A stretch of 62,896 nucleotides of DNA, counting the filler, from Calcarisporiella thermophila CBS 279.70 (Eukaryota > Fungi > Calcarisporiellomycota): NCBI RefSeq assembly GCF_041956535.1. It is 8 parts of 7 records of this genome, joined end to end, with 100 filler letters (N's around TTAATTAATTAA, not from the genome) between each part and the next. Parts side by side here need not be neighbours in the genome. Positions count along the whole stretch, not along the records: positions 49,755 to 54,116 come from NW_027192210.1; positions 54,217 to 56,353 come from NW_027192192.1; positions 56,454 to 60,589 come from NW_027192207.1; positions 60,690 to 62,896 come from NW_027192294.1; 4 more parts are not named here. One strand, written 5' to 3'. The position numbers and the translations under genes were made by a program. Each line of letters opens with the position of its first letter. The stretch's first letter is position 1. A model generated the notes under the pieces. That model searched no databases. It was not told the DNA's origin and saw only the letters and a list, made by a program, of their open reading frames with translations. Positions 49,999 through 62,896 of the stretch are shown piece by piece.

Positions 49999-50187
49999 TG
50001 TTATTGCCTTTATGTTGTATTATTATAATATAAAGCATCATTGTTATACTTCATGGGATAAAAGAACAATAAGAGCAATAAGAAAAATACTTTAATTTCA
50101 TATACCTTCGTGCGGCATACTGTATAGAGTAAGCCTCGAAATCAGCCGGTGCGCAGGTCAGTAGCCCTGAATGTCCTGGAGTCCCAT

Positions 50188-52374
50188 TCAGTATTTACAA
50201 ACGTCTTTGACCATTCTCAATTCTTCCCCGTACACCGACCTAACCCTGCCATCAGTACCTACTACTAGTCTATCGTATCCTGCCACTGCCTCTCCTGCCG
50301 TTTCCATCCGCAGCGTTCCCAGTGCTATTATGATGTGCAACTTGTAATAGTTTAAGAAGAGGAGCAGACATTCGCGTAACACCTCAGCAACATCATCCTG
50401 TGCCACGCCGCCATCAATGCACATCTTTACCCAAGCTATCGCTCCGTGTAACCCAGTTGCCTCGTCAGGTATGCCACTATATGCGGCTAGGGCTGGTGCC
50501 ACTATTAGTGCGTGGAACAAATCACCCACCAATTCTCTGGTTTTGCCGGGCGGACCATTAAGCAAGGTGGCAGTATATGGTCCGCAGATTAGACCACTCT
50601 CTAAGCCTGCTTCGCGCAGTTGTCTCGCGGCCGATCTCCAACGCCCATCCTCCAACCGAATATATCCAATTTGGAACTCGACGGTCTTGACTGCTTCTTT
50701 GATATTCTTTTCCAATTCTAAATAGGTTTGCCACATCTCATTGCTGTTGCTGGTGTCGGCGTAACCAATACGGTCCACGTTATAATCCCACAGCTTGTCG
50801 AAAGCAGCCGCCTGCCCGTAGATGACACCGCCTACTGGTCCGCGCTCTGCTAAACGTAACTGCAGCACGTCTGGCCGACCGTTTAATAGCGCTACCATCG
50901 GACAGTGCCGGCCGTTGACCATGTGCCAACAGAATGTCGCTGCCACTAAGTTGCTACATGCACTTTTACCTCGTTCTATGAGCATGTGGTTGATTACCAT
51001 CGTTAGTCTGATACCAACGTCTACTATACTATTATAGCGCACGTCTCCAGCCGTCAAAACCAATGTTGATGAACCTATCTCCCCTGTAATTATGTCGTTG
51101 CCTACATCCATATAGTCGTGTATGTAGCTTGTTGTTGCCACGTCCTGAATCGCTTCAAATGTGCAGAGCCCATCGAACATATAATCTGGCAATCCCTGGT
51201 CGTAACTCTGCCAGATATGGAAAATGTCCCGGTTAGGCATAATTATCCTGTCCATTTCCACTCGAGTCCGCTCGGCAATCACTTTGTCTTCAAAATCCCG
51301 CTTGAGTGAGCAGTACACACCCCCTAGCATCGCACAATACGCTCTTGGCCGCAAGGCTTCGTCTTTTATCGCCCCTGATAACTCCTCCAGTAATATTTCT
51401 TTAGTAGAGTAGCTAGCGTGAGTAATCTCCACTTTGTCGGCGCTGTACTCAGGCAAGAACATCGTGGAACATAGTGCCACAAAAGCGGCATCCCGCCCAT
51501 TAAACGGTGTACACGTGTAAGCCAAGCACAATACCCCGGTGGCTACCACCCTGCTAGTTAAGGATACAGGAAATTCCCTCTGCCGAACAAATTCACGCCA
51601 AACCACGTCGTCACAAGATGGACGTCCGTCTCTCTTCCATCGCCCTAGGCGACCGGTGGTCGTTGTACTCAGCCTTCCTCTGTTAATCCTAACCACGCGT
51701 CCACTTGCTATTGATTCTTGTGAGCCAGTTGGCCATTCGCCATATAGATAATTGCGGCATCCAACCAACCACCCAACAGCAATGCGTGCTAGCCTGAAGG
51801 CGTCTTGCAGGCCCGACCACTTCGGTTGTGTGTGGAAACCTTCTGGCAATAGACTATTCAGCAATGCAGCACCTTCCTCGATGATCGTACCATTCTCCCT
51901 CTCAATATCACTAATCCGTCTCTTCACATCGTCGTCGCACTCGTTAGCGATTACTCCCTTGCTACATCGCCCCGCGAAGCCGCACAAGGTTCTCTCTTCA
52001 AATGATCCAACAGGAAGTTCACTTCTGTATACCCATTCGGAGTTGGGTACCGCCTCGACAGATTTATCGTTTGTAGCGACAGGTCTCTGAGACATTATCT
52101 CCACAGGTCTCAACGGCCAACCCGGATCGTGTCTCTCTAGAACATCACTAGCTCGTACGAAAGATGTGTAGATTAGTCGTTCCCTTTTAACCCTACACTC
52201 TCTTTCAGTGCCTCTGCAGTGGCCCTTGCAAGCTATGCGTATCCCGCGGTTATTATACGGGTTGGCAGACTTTGCTTCTTCGCCGTCTTCGCTACCGGCG
52301 TAGCATTGATCTGCATTGGAGCCTGGTTGTGACTCATAGAGCCTATTGAAAAATTGCCTGTAAGCCTCTGCCAT
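50188..52374 (-). CDS. Intronless 728-aa protein of unknown function with class I terpene-synthase-like motifs
   Basis: Long uninterrupted ORF preceded by TATA-like sequence; YDQG (391), HDYMDVGNDIITGE (419), WHMVNGRH (483). The functional call is inference. Confidence 0.7.
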   Translation of the reverse strand: MAEAYRQFFNRLYESQPGSNADQCYAGSEDGEEAKSANPYNNRGIRIACKGHCRGTERECRVKRERLIYTSFVRASDVLERHDPGWPLRPVEIMSQRPVATNDKSVEAVPNSEWVYRSELPVGSFEERTLCGFAGRCSKGVIANECDDDVKRRISDIERENGTIIEEGAALLNSLLPEGFHTQPKWSGLQDAFRLARIAVGWLVGCRNYLYGEWPTGSQESIASGRVVRINRGRLSTTTTGRLGRWKRDGRPSCDDVVWREFVRQREFPVSLTSRVVATGVLCLAYTCTPFNGRDAAFVALCSTMFLPEYSADKVEITHASYSTKEILLEELSGAIKDEALRPRAYCAMLGGVYCSLKRDFEDKVIAERTRVEMDRIIMPNRDIFHIWQSYDQGLPDYMFDGLCTFEAIQDVATTSYIHDYMDVGNDIITGEIGSSTLVLTAGDVRYNSIVDVGIRLTMVINHMLIERGKSACSNLVAATFCWHMVNGRHCPMVALLNGRPDVLQLRLAERGPVGGVIYGQAAAFDKLWDYNVDRIGYADTSNSNEMWQTYLELEKNIKEAVKTVEFQIGYIRLEDGRWRSAARQLREAGLESGLICGPYTATLLNGPPGKTRELVGDLFHALIVAPALAAYSGIPDEATGLHGAIAWVKMCIDGGVAQDDVAEVLRECLLLFLNYYKLHIIIALGTLRMETAGEAVAGYDRLVVGTDGRVRSVYGEELRMVKDVCKY

Positions 52375-54479
52375 TCGCGTGTGATGTGTGTATTATATAA
52401 GTGTGGTGAAAATATAAATGCTAAGTTGTCAGGTAAATTTTATACATACGCTCTCTAAGGGTCACCGGAATGGGCAAAGAATAAGGCTTTTATATCATGG
52501 CAGTGCAGTGCAAAGATTAACCCTAAATTATCTTATAATATTCTGTCTAGAATACCATAGATGTCACGTCTGATTTAGGCGCAATCGTTGTTTTTTAATA
52601 TGTGTGCATGGGTATATGTGAGAATACCCCTTTGGCCTATTTATTGTGGCAATGATTGGTCAATATAAAAACATATGAAGATAAAAAAGATACTTTCTTA
52701 TTTCTAATCGAAAGTTAGGCAAATTGTATAGGATATTCCACGGAATTTTTCTTATAAATATTTATTATCAAAAGGTCTAGAGACTTAGGTAAAAATATTA
52801 ACTTGATTTCTAAATACAGTAGTATGGCCTTAAATCATATCGAACATTAGGTTGAGTCCACTATTTAAAAATTAAAATGTATCAGGATAATTTTCCGTAA
52901 CAGCCATGAAAAAATTTCCTGAAGAATAATACGTAAAGCTCGAGAGAGTTTCATGTTTTCAGAGATGATCTAGACCAAAATAACGCTTCTCACTTTACTA
53001 CATATTTGGCAATTTCAGTCTTCTGTATTTCGAAAATCTCTTGTACTCTTAAACCCGTATATACTGTAGCGGGCTACTCTCTAAAGCACCTTAGAGTCAT
53101 CACAACCTTATTGTCAAGAAAACTGGTTAAAACCGTATTATATTGTACATAAAATACAGTATGCTGCACGAATGTATATGAAATTGAGGTGTTTTACTAA
53201 ACACATTAATATCTATTTTATTTATCTAAACTAATACTTGATACTTCATTAATATAAAATACAAGGTCTAGCCTTTCCATCCATGCATATATCGAGAATG
53301 TTTACAAAAAAAATATCCGAAACACAGGGGGTTGAAATTGCCAAATATGATATTTGACTTTTGCAATTTTTCCAACAAATCGATCCTTTTACTTTTCTCC
53401 TTTATCACCAAGCTAATCCCTATTATTTAGTAGAGACTTCTCTGATAATACATATAGAAAAGACTTACGACTGCATACTTCCGAGAGGTTTTTCAACGAA
53501 TACTTGCCTAACATCTTGTTAAGACGATTTAGTTCAGATCCAAAATTCGTCCTTGTTCTTAAGCCTTCAAGACTAATTATCGAGATAGAATTATACAGTA
53601 CTCCACAAGTTTTCAATGGAAAATTGTTCCTAAGTCAGGAAAGGCCACTACCATGCTTGTAGCTTAAATACCCTTCAACAAAATTTTGAATTTTTGGCCG
53701 TTTGCTTATTTTCATTGTCTGGTTAGAATATATTCCTCTACTTGCCCATGCCATAGCATTAAAAAGTGCCTATGAAGTTATCGTGAAGAACAGTGTAGCT
53801 AAGTAATGCACCCATTTCCCTATCTTTTTTCACAATTGGACAACGTTATGTTCACTGATACATCTTTTGCACACCATTGACTTTCCACGGTTACTCACCA
53901 GGGGTCGTGTTTGATTATTCCGGAGCTGTTCATCTTCCGCGTTTTATAATAATATTTCATCATTGTGATCCTGAAGATGCCGTATTTACAGATATTTGAC
54001 CACACCGTAGTCATCTGTTGCTGCAAACTCTAATTGATGTGTATTTTGGAGAACCCGTCTTCTTTCAATCAAGTTCCAATCCAAGGAGAGGCTTTCTTTT
54101 GGTGGCCTTTGCTGAGNNNNNNNNNNNNNNNNNNNNNNNNNNNNNNNNNNNNNNNNNNNNTTAATTAATTAANNNNNNNNNNNNNNNNNNNNNNNNNNNN
54201 NNNNNNNNNNNNNNNNCTCCCACTTGAAGAATAAGGGTTTCAGAATTCTCTGCAATGTGCTAATATTTCCTTAATGAAATAATAAGGTTGAGAAAACTTT
54301 CTCAAGATTTTTACTTCTTACCACTGCTTCACATCTTTGAATTTTTTGCAAATATTGTAGAGTCATATATCAAGTTGTTTTCTCTATCTATCATGTCGGC
54401 TCTCTCCACATCTAACTCTCCTGCCTTATTTCCTAGTTTGGCTCTTGTTTCTTACTGTCTCCTTCACGGAAGGATGGCC

Positions 54480-55490
54480 AGATGAGTTTGGAGATTTCTC
54501 CTACTCCTACATATAGAGGGCAGCTAGATGAAGTTGCAAGATTCTCTTTCATTCACGAGATGAAATTCTTTTGTCTCATCATCCACTAGAGAGCGCCGAT
54601 AGCTTATACTACTATACTTTTGGACAATTTTTAATTTTTCAAACATGTGAAAAAGTTGAGCAAGGAAAGCGCGGTTTCCTGTAGTCGCTGAGTAGTAACC
54701 AACCATGAATTGTTCGGGAAATCGAGTCGAAATATGTATCGTCTAGCTCACAAGGTAATATCTAAATCGCAAGAATTTACTTTTTTTTATTTTATTTATC
54801 TTTCCTATTTAATTGCACAAAGACGATATAGCAATATTTTATTCACTGGTGCTAGCTACTACAATTAAGCTCCTAAACAATCGGATAGGTGCAAAGTATG
54901 CATAGAGCAAGAAGAACCTCGACAGTGGGCATCATCTGCGCCCAAACATTCATCATGGATGTACTAACCAATACCTCTTGGGAGACGCGATAGTGCATCA
55001 GTCAGAAAGAATTGAGCGGCGATGAAGTTGATCAAATCGAGAGATCAGGGGGAAAGTCCTTAGTTAACTTGCACTTAATATTTGTTGCGGAAAGGAAGAC
55101 GAAGTTCGAAAGAAATTCTTTAGTTGGGAGATGTGTCAGGATTGTGTCTTGAAATCGATGACCGTTCACCTTTAATTTTTGGCAATCTTTTCGAATTTCG
55201 ACTTCCTTTCCGTGACGAAGCTTATGTGCAAGAGACAAACGGATATTTTCTCTTCCAATTTCTTGATATGATCATGTTCATTGCTGCTCAATTGACATAG
55301 CATCTTGTCTCCCACGAGGCATCCTCCAGCGCATATATGATGAACTTTTCGCAAGAGACGATGCAGACTGTCAAGGTTCTTCTTGCTCTCTATGCATACT
55401 TCGCACATATCCGATAGTTTAGAAATTTGTTTGTAAATGATGGGTACCAGTGAATACAATAGAAATTTTAAATTCAGGATGAGCACCTTA
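54480..55490 (-). pseudogene. Possible decayed DNA transposase (Sola-like)
   Basis: SDMCEVC...LHISFVTERKSKFEKIAKN..VIDFK pattern resembles Sola-type DDD transposases; heavily broken. Confidence 0.3.
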
Positions 55491-56453
55491 TGAAGGTGGA
55501 TTTACACCTTTCGGGGATGCACGAGCTAAATTCTCAGTACAGTTCTAGTTAGTAGCAATCTTATTCCTTGTATTTGATATCGAAGTTTTATTTCTTTATC
55601 CTTTTGCTATTATGTTATCATTCAATATTCATTAACTGATGTAAATATATTTTTTATCATTTTCTATTTTGACTATCATTTACAGCTTCAAAGACCTAGT
55701 TTAATATTAAATATTTTATAGATATTCATTTTTTTTATCATTCGAATACCGAAAAACATGACAGACACATCGGGAACAGAATGAGAATAGTAAGCACACG
55801 TCTAACAACAGATCAAAGATCAATGGACAGGTCCAGAAAGCACAGTTTCACCCAACCAGAATGAACTGCGGGCTAACTTCTTCGCTCTTAAATAATACAT
55901 TCAATACCGGAAGACAAACACTTAGGATCAAAACAGACAACAAGACTCCGGTGCCCTAATCATCTATAATTGATTCCAAGTTTACAAGAATCCTTATATC
56001 ACAAGAAAAGTATAGGTGAACCTTCCTATTATTCACTGTAACAGTTAATTCAATCCTATACAAATTATTCACATTGTAGTTTTACTCCCATTGTCGTCCA
56101 TTCGCCCATTACGTCCACTCTAGGGCTCTTTTGATCGCACACTGAACTCAGCCATATCCAAAATCGTTTTCAGCTTTCTCGTCTTCTGGCAGTGGATTGT
56201 ACTCAGTCTCATGCAAATTAAGCTTTGATTCTTCAATTTCTAAATTCAGTACGTCTGATCAAACTTGGAATCTCCCATTTATTCTTTATTTGCAGAAAAC
56301 TTTTGACATGGTAGCAGTCTAAGCATAATAAGCAGTATACCTATTCTACCATCNNNNNNNNNNNNNNNNNNNNNNNNNNNNNNNNNNNNNNNNNNNNTTA
56401 ATTAATTAANNNNNNNNNNNNNNNNNNNNNNNNNNNNNNNNNNNNNNNNNNNN

Positions 56454-57100
56454 GCACGGACTCCGTCCTCGACCGTTTCCGTTCATTCCTCCCCAAGTCT
56501 TGCTTGGGGTCTTGTTCAAAGCCTCTCTCGATCCGCATCATCCAGAATTCGACTAGTCTCCGCTGATCCAACTCCCAGCCCCAAGTCACAAGGCGTAGGA
56601 TCTGCTGGCGCTGTTCCGGGCTCCACTCTAGGGTGATCCAGTGGAGCACACGTGCAACATTGGGGAGAGGGGGGGAGAGGGTCTGGATAAGGCGGCGGAG
56701 ACGGTCTGCGGTGCAGGCGAGGTTCGCCGGCGAACGTACCCATACCATAAAGGTGGTACGTACCGAGCATCCATGGCCTGGATTGAGGATTCGATGAGAT
56801 GGGGGGTTAGCTGGGTATAGGTTGTGTCGTCATTGTTGTCTACAAAGGAGAAGCATGTGAGAAATCCACTGGAGAGCTAGGGGGAGAGGGGAGGGGGAGG
56901 AGCTACCTGCTGAAGAACAGCTGATGGAGCTGAATGAGAGCTTTCGAGCTAGAAGAAAGCTGGTGGCGGCCATCGGTAGAGCGAGATTGGGGGTAGAGCG
57001 AGGGGGATAGCAGTTGGAATGCGCGGCCAGTAGCGGCAGGGGAGGGGGGGGAAGCGGAGAGTAGCGAGCTGGTAAGAGCCGGGTAATCGGCAGAAAAGAA
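56454..57100 (-). CDS. Hypothetical protein, partial (runs into spacer)
   Basis: Open frame ...LPNVARVLHWITLEWSPEQRQQILRLVTWGW... with a probable upstream intron; no family recognised. Confidence 0.3.
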
Positions 57101-57521
57101 GCGAAGAATGGGTAGGGCTAAGAGCAAGAGGAGAAGTGTTTGAGGGAGAGCGGACGCTGACTGGAGAGGGAGAAATGAAAAAAAAAGGAGAAACTTTGGA
57201 AATGGAAAACACACCAATGGCCTGCAGCGCTCGGCCTTGCTTCGCATGAGTCGGCGAATGAAAATTGAGGAGCATAAGCCGCCATGGCCGATCGGCCTTA
57301 TGTCACTAGAGTGCTTTTCCACTCCACAAACACACCAGTCACGCCGCATTGCGCAGAAACGGAGAGTCCGAGACCCCGTATGAAAAACACATGGGCTTAA
57401 TACAGCTCTCAAACACTATGTTTATTGCGAGTTTCGGGTTGGCTTTTCATAAGTGTGCCCTCCTCCTCCTCCTCCTCTGGCCCGCCTTCCTCCGCGACAA
57501 GTCCAAGCCGCCGCATGGGCT

Positions 57522-58102
<581 letters not shown>

Positions 58103-58264
58103 TTATTATATGAATTGAATATGAATAGGAGAATGAGAAGAATATGAATAGTAATATAGATGTATATTTATATGTATATATATATATATGCATAGTATAT
58201 CGTACAGCCATTATTGTACTCGCAGCGACGGGCAGCTTTCACAGGATTATTTTGGTTGATAAGC

Positions 58265-59427
58265 TTATGCGTTCATGCTACAGAAAATTCCTACACGCTC
58301 CATTCGCGGGCCGGGTGCCAGCACCACTTCATCGCCTCCCAAAAACAGCTCACGATGGGTTTCCAGATACTCTTGGAGCGAACGCCCCTCCTCTCCAGTC
58401 AACTCCTCAAAATCCCGCGTGAGTCGGGCCTCGCCCTCGCTCCATAATTCCATAAGAAACTCGGCCGTCTCCTTATGCTCGATGGCCCCACGAACCACGG
58501 CCTCGAACTGCACGTCCCTCTCGGTTCGCTGACCCAGCAAGGCCCCAACCCGCTCTACCAGCTCTTCGGCCGTCAGCAGGCTTGGGCCGGTGATGGTGAA
58601 TTCTGGGCCGCGCACCCGCGGACACAGGAGAACAACGCAAGCCGCGAGGGCGACGTTCTCTCTGTCGTGAAGTTGGATCGTATGTGTGCCCCGGGGAATC
58701 CAGCCGGAGGCAAGGGGCCGCGAAAGGAGGGCAAAATGCTGGTGTTGAAGGCCTGGATAACGCAGGAAAGTGACGTTTCTTTCCATTCTCAGGTCTGCTT
58801 CTATTTGTAGGAAGATGGAGCGGAAGGTCACTTCAGGGAAGGGCTCTTCGATGGGGGTGGTGGGAGGAGTGGCGGGATCATTAGGTGCGAAAGGGGTGAG
58901 GAGTACAATGTGCTCCACACGAGCTTTTCTGGCGGCTTGAATATACCTAATGGTGGGCGAACAGAAATGTTAACAGCGTAAACAAACTAAAGACGGAGAC
59001 AGGGAGGGGGAGGGAGAACAGAAAAACATACGAATTTGCGTGTTCTATGATAGTTTTGCGGTCTAGATAGGGTGCCAATGGATCGAGGACAAGGCATAGT
59101 TTTGATACTCCCTCGAGCATGGCGGATAAGTTAGGGTTGTGGACAGGATTCAAAACAAAGACATTGGCATTGATGTTGTGTAACGAATGATCTCTGGTTA
59201 AGAGGGGGGTGAAGGCCAAGCGTGAGCATTGCCACAGCCATGAATTAGGGAATGAAATGGTGGACCGAAGAGCATGGGTTTGTTTACCTTAACATGACGG
59301 CGGCATCCACTTGGACCTTGAGGTGAGGCCGAGAATTTGCCATGTCGGCAAGCATGCGGGTAAGCGATTCGCCCATGGGGGAATCCGCAGAGGTGATGAA
59401 TATGCGGGGGCTGGCTCTTGTTATCAT
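58265..59427 (-). CDS. NmrA-like / atypical SDR Rossmann-fold protein
   Basis: RIFITSADSPMGESL, MLEGVSKLCLV, AARKARVEHIVLL, DRENVALAA, FTITGPSLLT, DFEELTG; three exons. Confidence 0.7.
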
Positions 59428-60751
59428 GGCGGATCAGAATTGGGCTTTTGGAAGGGCGGCAAGGGGAGTAGAGAAGAGGGCGGATCATGTCAGATTGAGA
59501 AATCCTGAAAATATATAGGCCGAGATAAGATGTTTTTCATAGTGACTAAATAACAAACAAACATTGGTGGATAACGACCGTGACACATAAACACTCTATT
59601 TTCTCCAGACGATTTTTGCCCAAGAACAAAACCGCGTGAATCAGGTGCGACTCCAACCCCCACTCCTTTCAATCCCTGCACGGCTGCGGCTCTTTTCGTT
59701 CTCCCCTCTGCTCCGCCCGCGCTTGACTCTGCACTCTGCCACGCCGGAGGCCGCCAGTGCATCCTCGGCCAGCGGCCAGCGGACAGCACGCTTGCCGCAA
59801 TCCAGAGGAGGCTTGCTGTTCCTCAGGTTCGATGCTGCCGGCCCCTCCCCTCCTCCCCTTTCCCTGGCCCTTCTCTAGAGGGGATAAGTCTAGAAGCATT
59901 GCTCTCGTGAGCAGACTTGGGGGAGCTTGTGGTCGCAAAGGCCCTGATGTCAGCGCAACCTAACTCAAAAGTATTGAGCAGGGCGGGTCTCTGGAGTATC
60001 CCCAGCTCTGTGTGATGGAGGCTCGGATAGCTGGAGAAGCATGGCATCGGGTGGAGAGCCACTGCGCCTTGGATTACACTGATGGCGCGGTATCACAAAA
60101 TCAGATAGAGGAGCATATCGATAACGGCTCTTGATTGCAGAGAACCCACAAATGACCGCCCTTTTATAAATGGCAACCGCGGTGACGTTGCCCAGAGGCC
60201 CGCGATTGGCGGGCGAATGGGAGAGTGGTACGGTGTGGCTGTAGACTCAGCGCGGCCCTCGCTCAGCCGCCGGGAGCTGCCATCAAGAGGGCCCAAGCGA
60301 ATAGGGGGTGACTAAACTCCTCTCTGTAACTACGCAAGTTATTCCGATATCCATTTGGTGATCTCTCGGGATTTTAACCCGGACATTGGATGCCGGCCGC
60401 TGACTGGATTTCCTCTAATGAAAATATTACGGCCGGGCAATTTTTTGTTTTCTTTTTATAAATTTCCAGAAGCATTTCTACAAGCCATAGCATCCCTCTT
60501 TGCTGCCCATTTTCCTCCCGATTCATTTCCAATTTACCATCATATATCAATCTTAAAATGGCTGTCAAGAACATATGCTGCATTGGGGCNNNNNNNNNNN
60601 NNNNNNNNNNNNNNNNNNNNNNNNNNNNNNNNNTTAATTAATTAANNNNNNNNNNNNNNNNNNNNNNNNNNNNNNNNNNNNNNNNNNNNGCTGTACATAC
60701 ATGATTAATCATTAAGAAAACCAAAAAAATACAAATCATTCTAATATAATA

Positions 60752-61073
60752 CCTTGTGCTGAGGCAGGCTGTTGGACAATACAATGTATGGTGTTCGGCG
60801 CAGGATTCTCGCCAAACACACTTGAGATAGTCATTGTCGACATGGTAAGCAGTGTCTTTGGCTCAACATCATCAACATTGACTGGAAGGCCTTTATCTGG
60901 GACCAAGACACTCCAGAGAATGAGTGAGTCAGCATCAACGTCACCGAAGATCTTTGTTTTTTTTTCTTGATAGCTCCCTTGAGGTCATCCACTGTGTCTT
61001 CTTTTGGGATTTTAACTGAGAATGCTGTGGATTCGCCCTCAAGAATACAAAACAGTCTTATTTCGTTTGTCAT
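60752..61073 (-). CDS. Crinkler (CRN) N-terminal ubiquitin-like domain, with a homopolymer frameshift
   Basis: LFCILEGE...TVDDLKGAIK / FGDVDADSLILWSV ... TIHCIVQQP, then a GT donor; frame slips in an A9 run at ~60957-60965. Confidence 0.8.
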
Positions 61074-61844
61074 TTGTTGTCATTAATAGTGTGTTAAAAA
61101 AATGAATTAAGGGTTGTAGAAAGTGAGATGGTTTGAGTGAGTGAAGGGGGAGAGGGTTGTTGTTACTAAATGGAGTAGATGATGGAGGAAGAATAGAAGG
61201 CTGCTGGAAGAATGGAATTGTAATATTATTTGCCACTGTACGTGTATACGTGTGTGGCTTTGATAATGGGGCAAGAAAAAAATTGTTTGGCACTTCAGGG
61301 TTGAAAAAAGACGATAAAATACAAATAACGTGGATAAAATACCGTGATCTTAATTTTTATGATAAAACATCTGAAAATAAACACTGTCGGAACATATTAC
61401 AAGATGATTGGTAAGATATCACATGCAACCAGCCACATAGAATTCTTAGGAATATAGCATCAAATTATTACTATTCTCAGTATACATAAAATCTGCAAAA
61501 TGAATAGAAAATAAATATATGAAAAAACCACTTGATGAGTAAAACAATAGCTAATAATATCAATGAAAGTATATATACTAGTGTGATCTTCAATGATATA
61601 AGCCGCCAAATTATAAGCTATAACGACCTCAATTCAATATATTTCGAATAAAAAAAATTCTTTGAAGATTATATCGGGATGTTGAGTAATTTAATCAAAT
61701 CAATATTCAATACTATTATTACTCTTGTAATAATAGTGAAAGTGTGGATAGCGGTTAAATATAACAGAATAATTAACCAACTTAGTGGTAATTAATTGTT
61801 ATACCCGGGTACAAATAGAATTACCCTTTATAAAATAGAACTGA

Positions 61845-62470
61845 ACAGCAATTTTTCTGTCAAGTCTTTGCTCTGATTGCTTGGACGCATTACAGCCATT
61901 TTCATTAATGAAAATCATTGTTGGCTAACAAATGAAAGTGGGGTTTGTCTTTCTCAAAATCTTCAATTACAGCCGTAATTGGTTTGACCAAATTCCTTAG
62001 CTCCTCCAGTTTTTTCCACCAAGTATATTCCACCAATACTTTATTGCCTCTATTCAGATAAGCGGAGAGCCCCAAGGAAGTTGTTTGGAGGGGAATGCGA
62101 AATGCCAAACCAGATTCAAAGCACTTTGAATTAGAGACATTGTGCCTCAAACTTAAGTGCAAATGCAATTTCATGTCTGAACTTTTCTTTTTGGATCCAC
62201 TTGAGAACAGGAACAGACTGATTCTGGAGCCATTACGCAAATTTATTCACATTGTCAATTGTGTTCGCCGCTCATAAAAAGATCAAAGTATCCTTAAGCA
62301 GTAGGCTGGTAGTGTGTGAAATAAAACCATAACACACAAGGTAGATAAGCTCATCATGTATACTCCAGGCTGCTTTCGTGTTTGCCGCGCTATCATTCAC
62401 TGTTGCCTTAATTTTACTACATCAATCTCTCAAATTGCTTAAAATATTTCACTTGCAATGTGTTCTCAAT
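61845..62470 (-). pseudogene. Second hAT transposase relic, same family as 4637-6430
   Basis: VNDSAANTKAAWSI and WWKKLEELRNLVKPITAVIEDFEKD closely match the 5300-5880 copy. Confidence 0.8.
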
Positions 62471-62896
62471 AATGCTCATTAGAATCAGTATATATATAAA
62501 TCTATTAACATGATTAGCACCTGCCGTCAAAATTATTCATTGTATTGAAAAAAATCCAAAAGAGTTTTGCGTTTAGGTTCAAATATTTCAACAGATCCTT
62601 AGAAAAAATTATTTCTGCAAGAAATTTGCAATTAAATATGACAGGAAAAAAAAATATAGGGATAAACAAACTTTTGACAGATTACTTTAATATCTAAGTT
62701 TGATAAATTATCATATAAATATATATAATGGACGAGCTTTTCATGGCAAAAATTAGGATTGAATGATACTAGAAAACAAATAAAAAAAATTAAATTGAGA
62801 AAATTATGTGTGCCTAAAATAAACAACAGGTACGGAAGTTTTACAGAAAATTAATAAAATATCAATTCAAAAAATTATTGAGTTTAAAAAGGTCGG

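Noticed and set aside
50417-52090. Plus-strand ORFs inside the 728-aa gene, and similar antisense ORFs over other genes
   Set aside because: Shadow ORFs of real coding sequence on the opposite strand.
52400-54116. Short ORF remnants downstream of the AT-rich region
   Set aside because: All frames are stop-ridden and I recognise no motif.
59490-60589. Cluster of overlapping 65-100-aa ORFs
   Set aside because: GC-rich intergenic sequence with no domain signal; ORFs on both strands as expected by chance.

Overview
Eukaryotic, AT-rich fungal DNA, most likely from an early-diverging lineage (Mucoromycota/Zoopagomycota-like). This is inferred from the short GT-AG introns, a fungal CET1-type RNA triphosphatase, a Crinkler gene and a chromoviral Gypsy. 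The window is eight contigs joined by artificial 100-nt N/TTAATTAATTAA spacers, so linkage across spacers is unproven. Contig 1 (1-16570) holds two intronless secreted oxidoreductases flanking a TE cluster: hAT, twin solo LTRs, a MITE, an intact Tc1, and a nested set (DIRS-like tyrosine-recombinase element > chromoviral Gypsy > solo LTR). Contig 2 (16671-34689) is a housekeeping block: ATG101, CET1, PA-RING and RBR E3 ligases, OBAP/DUF1264, THEM4-like thioesterase, a frameshifted gulonolactone oxidase, a decayed ePHD-SET gene and a Raf1/Dos1-like WD40 gene. Contig 3 has an NRPS relic, a KP6-like small secreted protein, a MITE, a DHA2 MFS transporter and Gypsy debris. Contig 4 has an RRM gene end, DHRS12-like SDR and tRNA-Thr(TGT). 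It also has the most interesting structure in the window: a tRNA-headed SINE and a 5'-truncated LINE inserted at the same ~16-bp target 71-86 bp upstream of the tRNA gene, followed by a stack of at least five opposite-strand retroposon 3' ends, each separated by a repeated 14-bp target. The readable 3' ends carry a hairpin with an AATAAA-type loop. Contig 5 has an orphan intronless 728-aa ORF with class I terpene-synthase-like motifs. The last contigs carry GMPPA pieces, an NmrA-like gene, a CRN N-terminus and TE relics.
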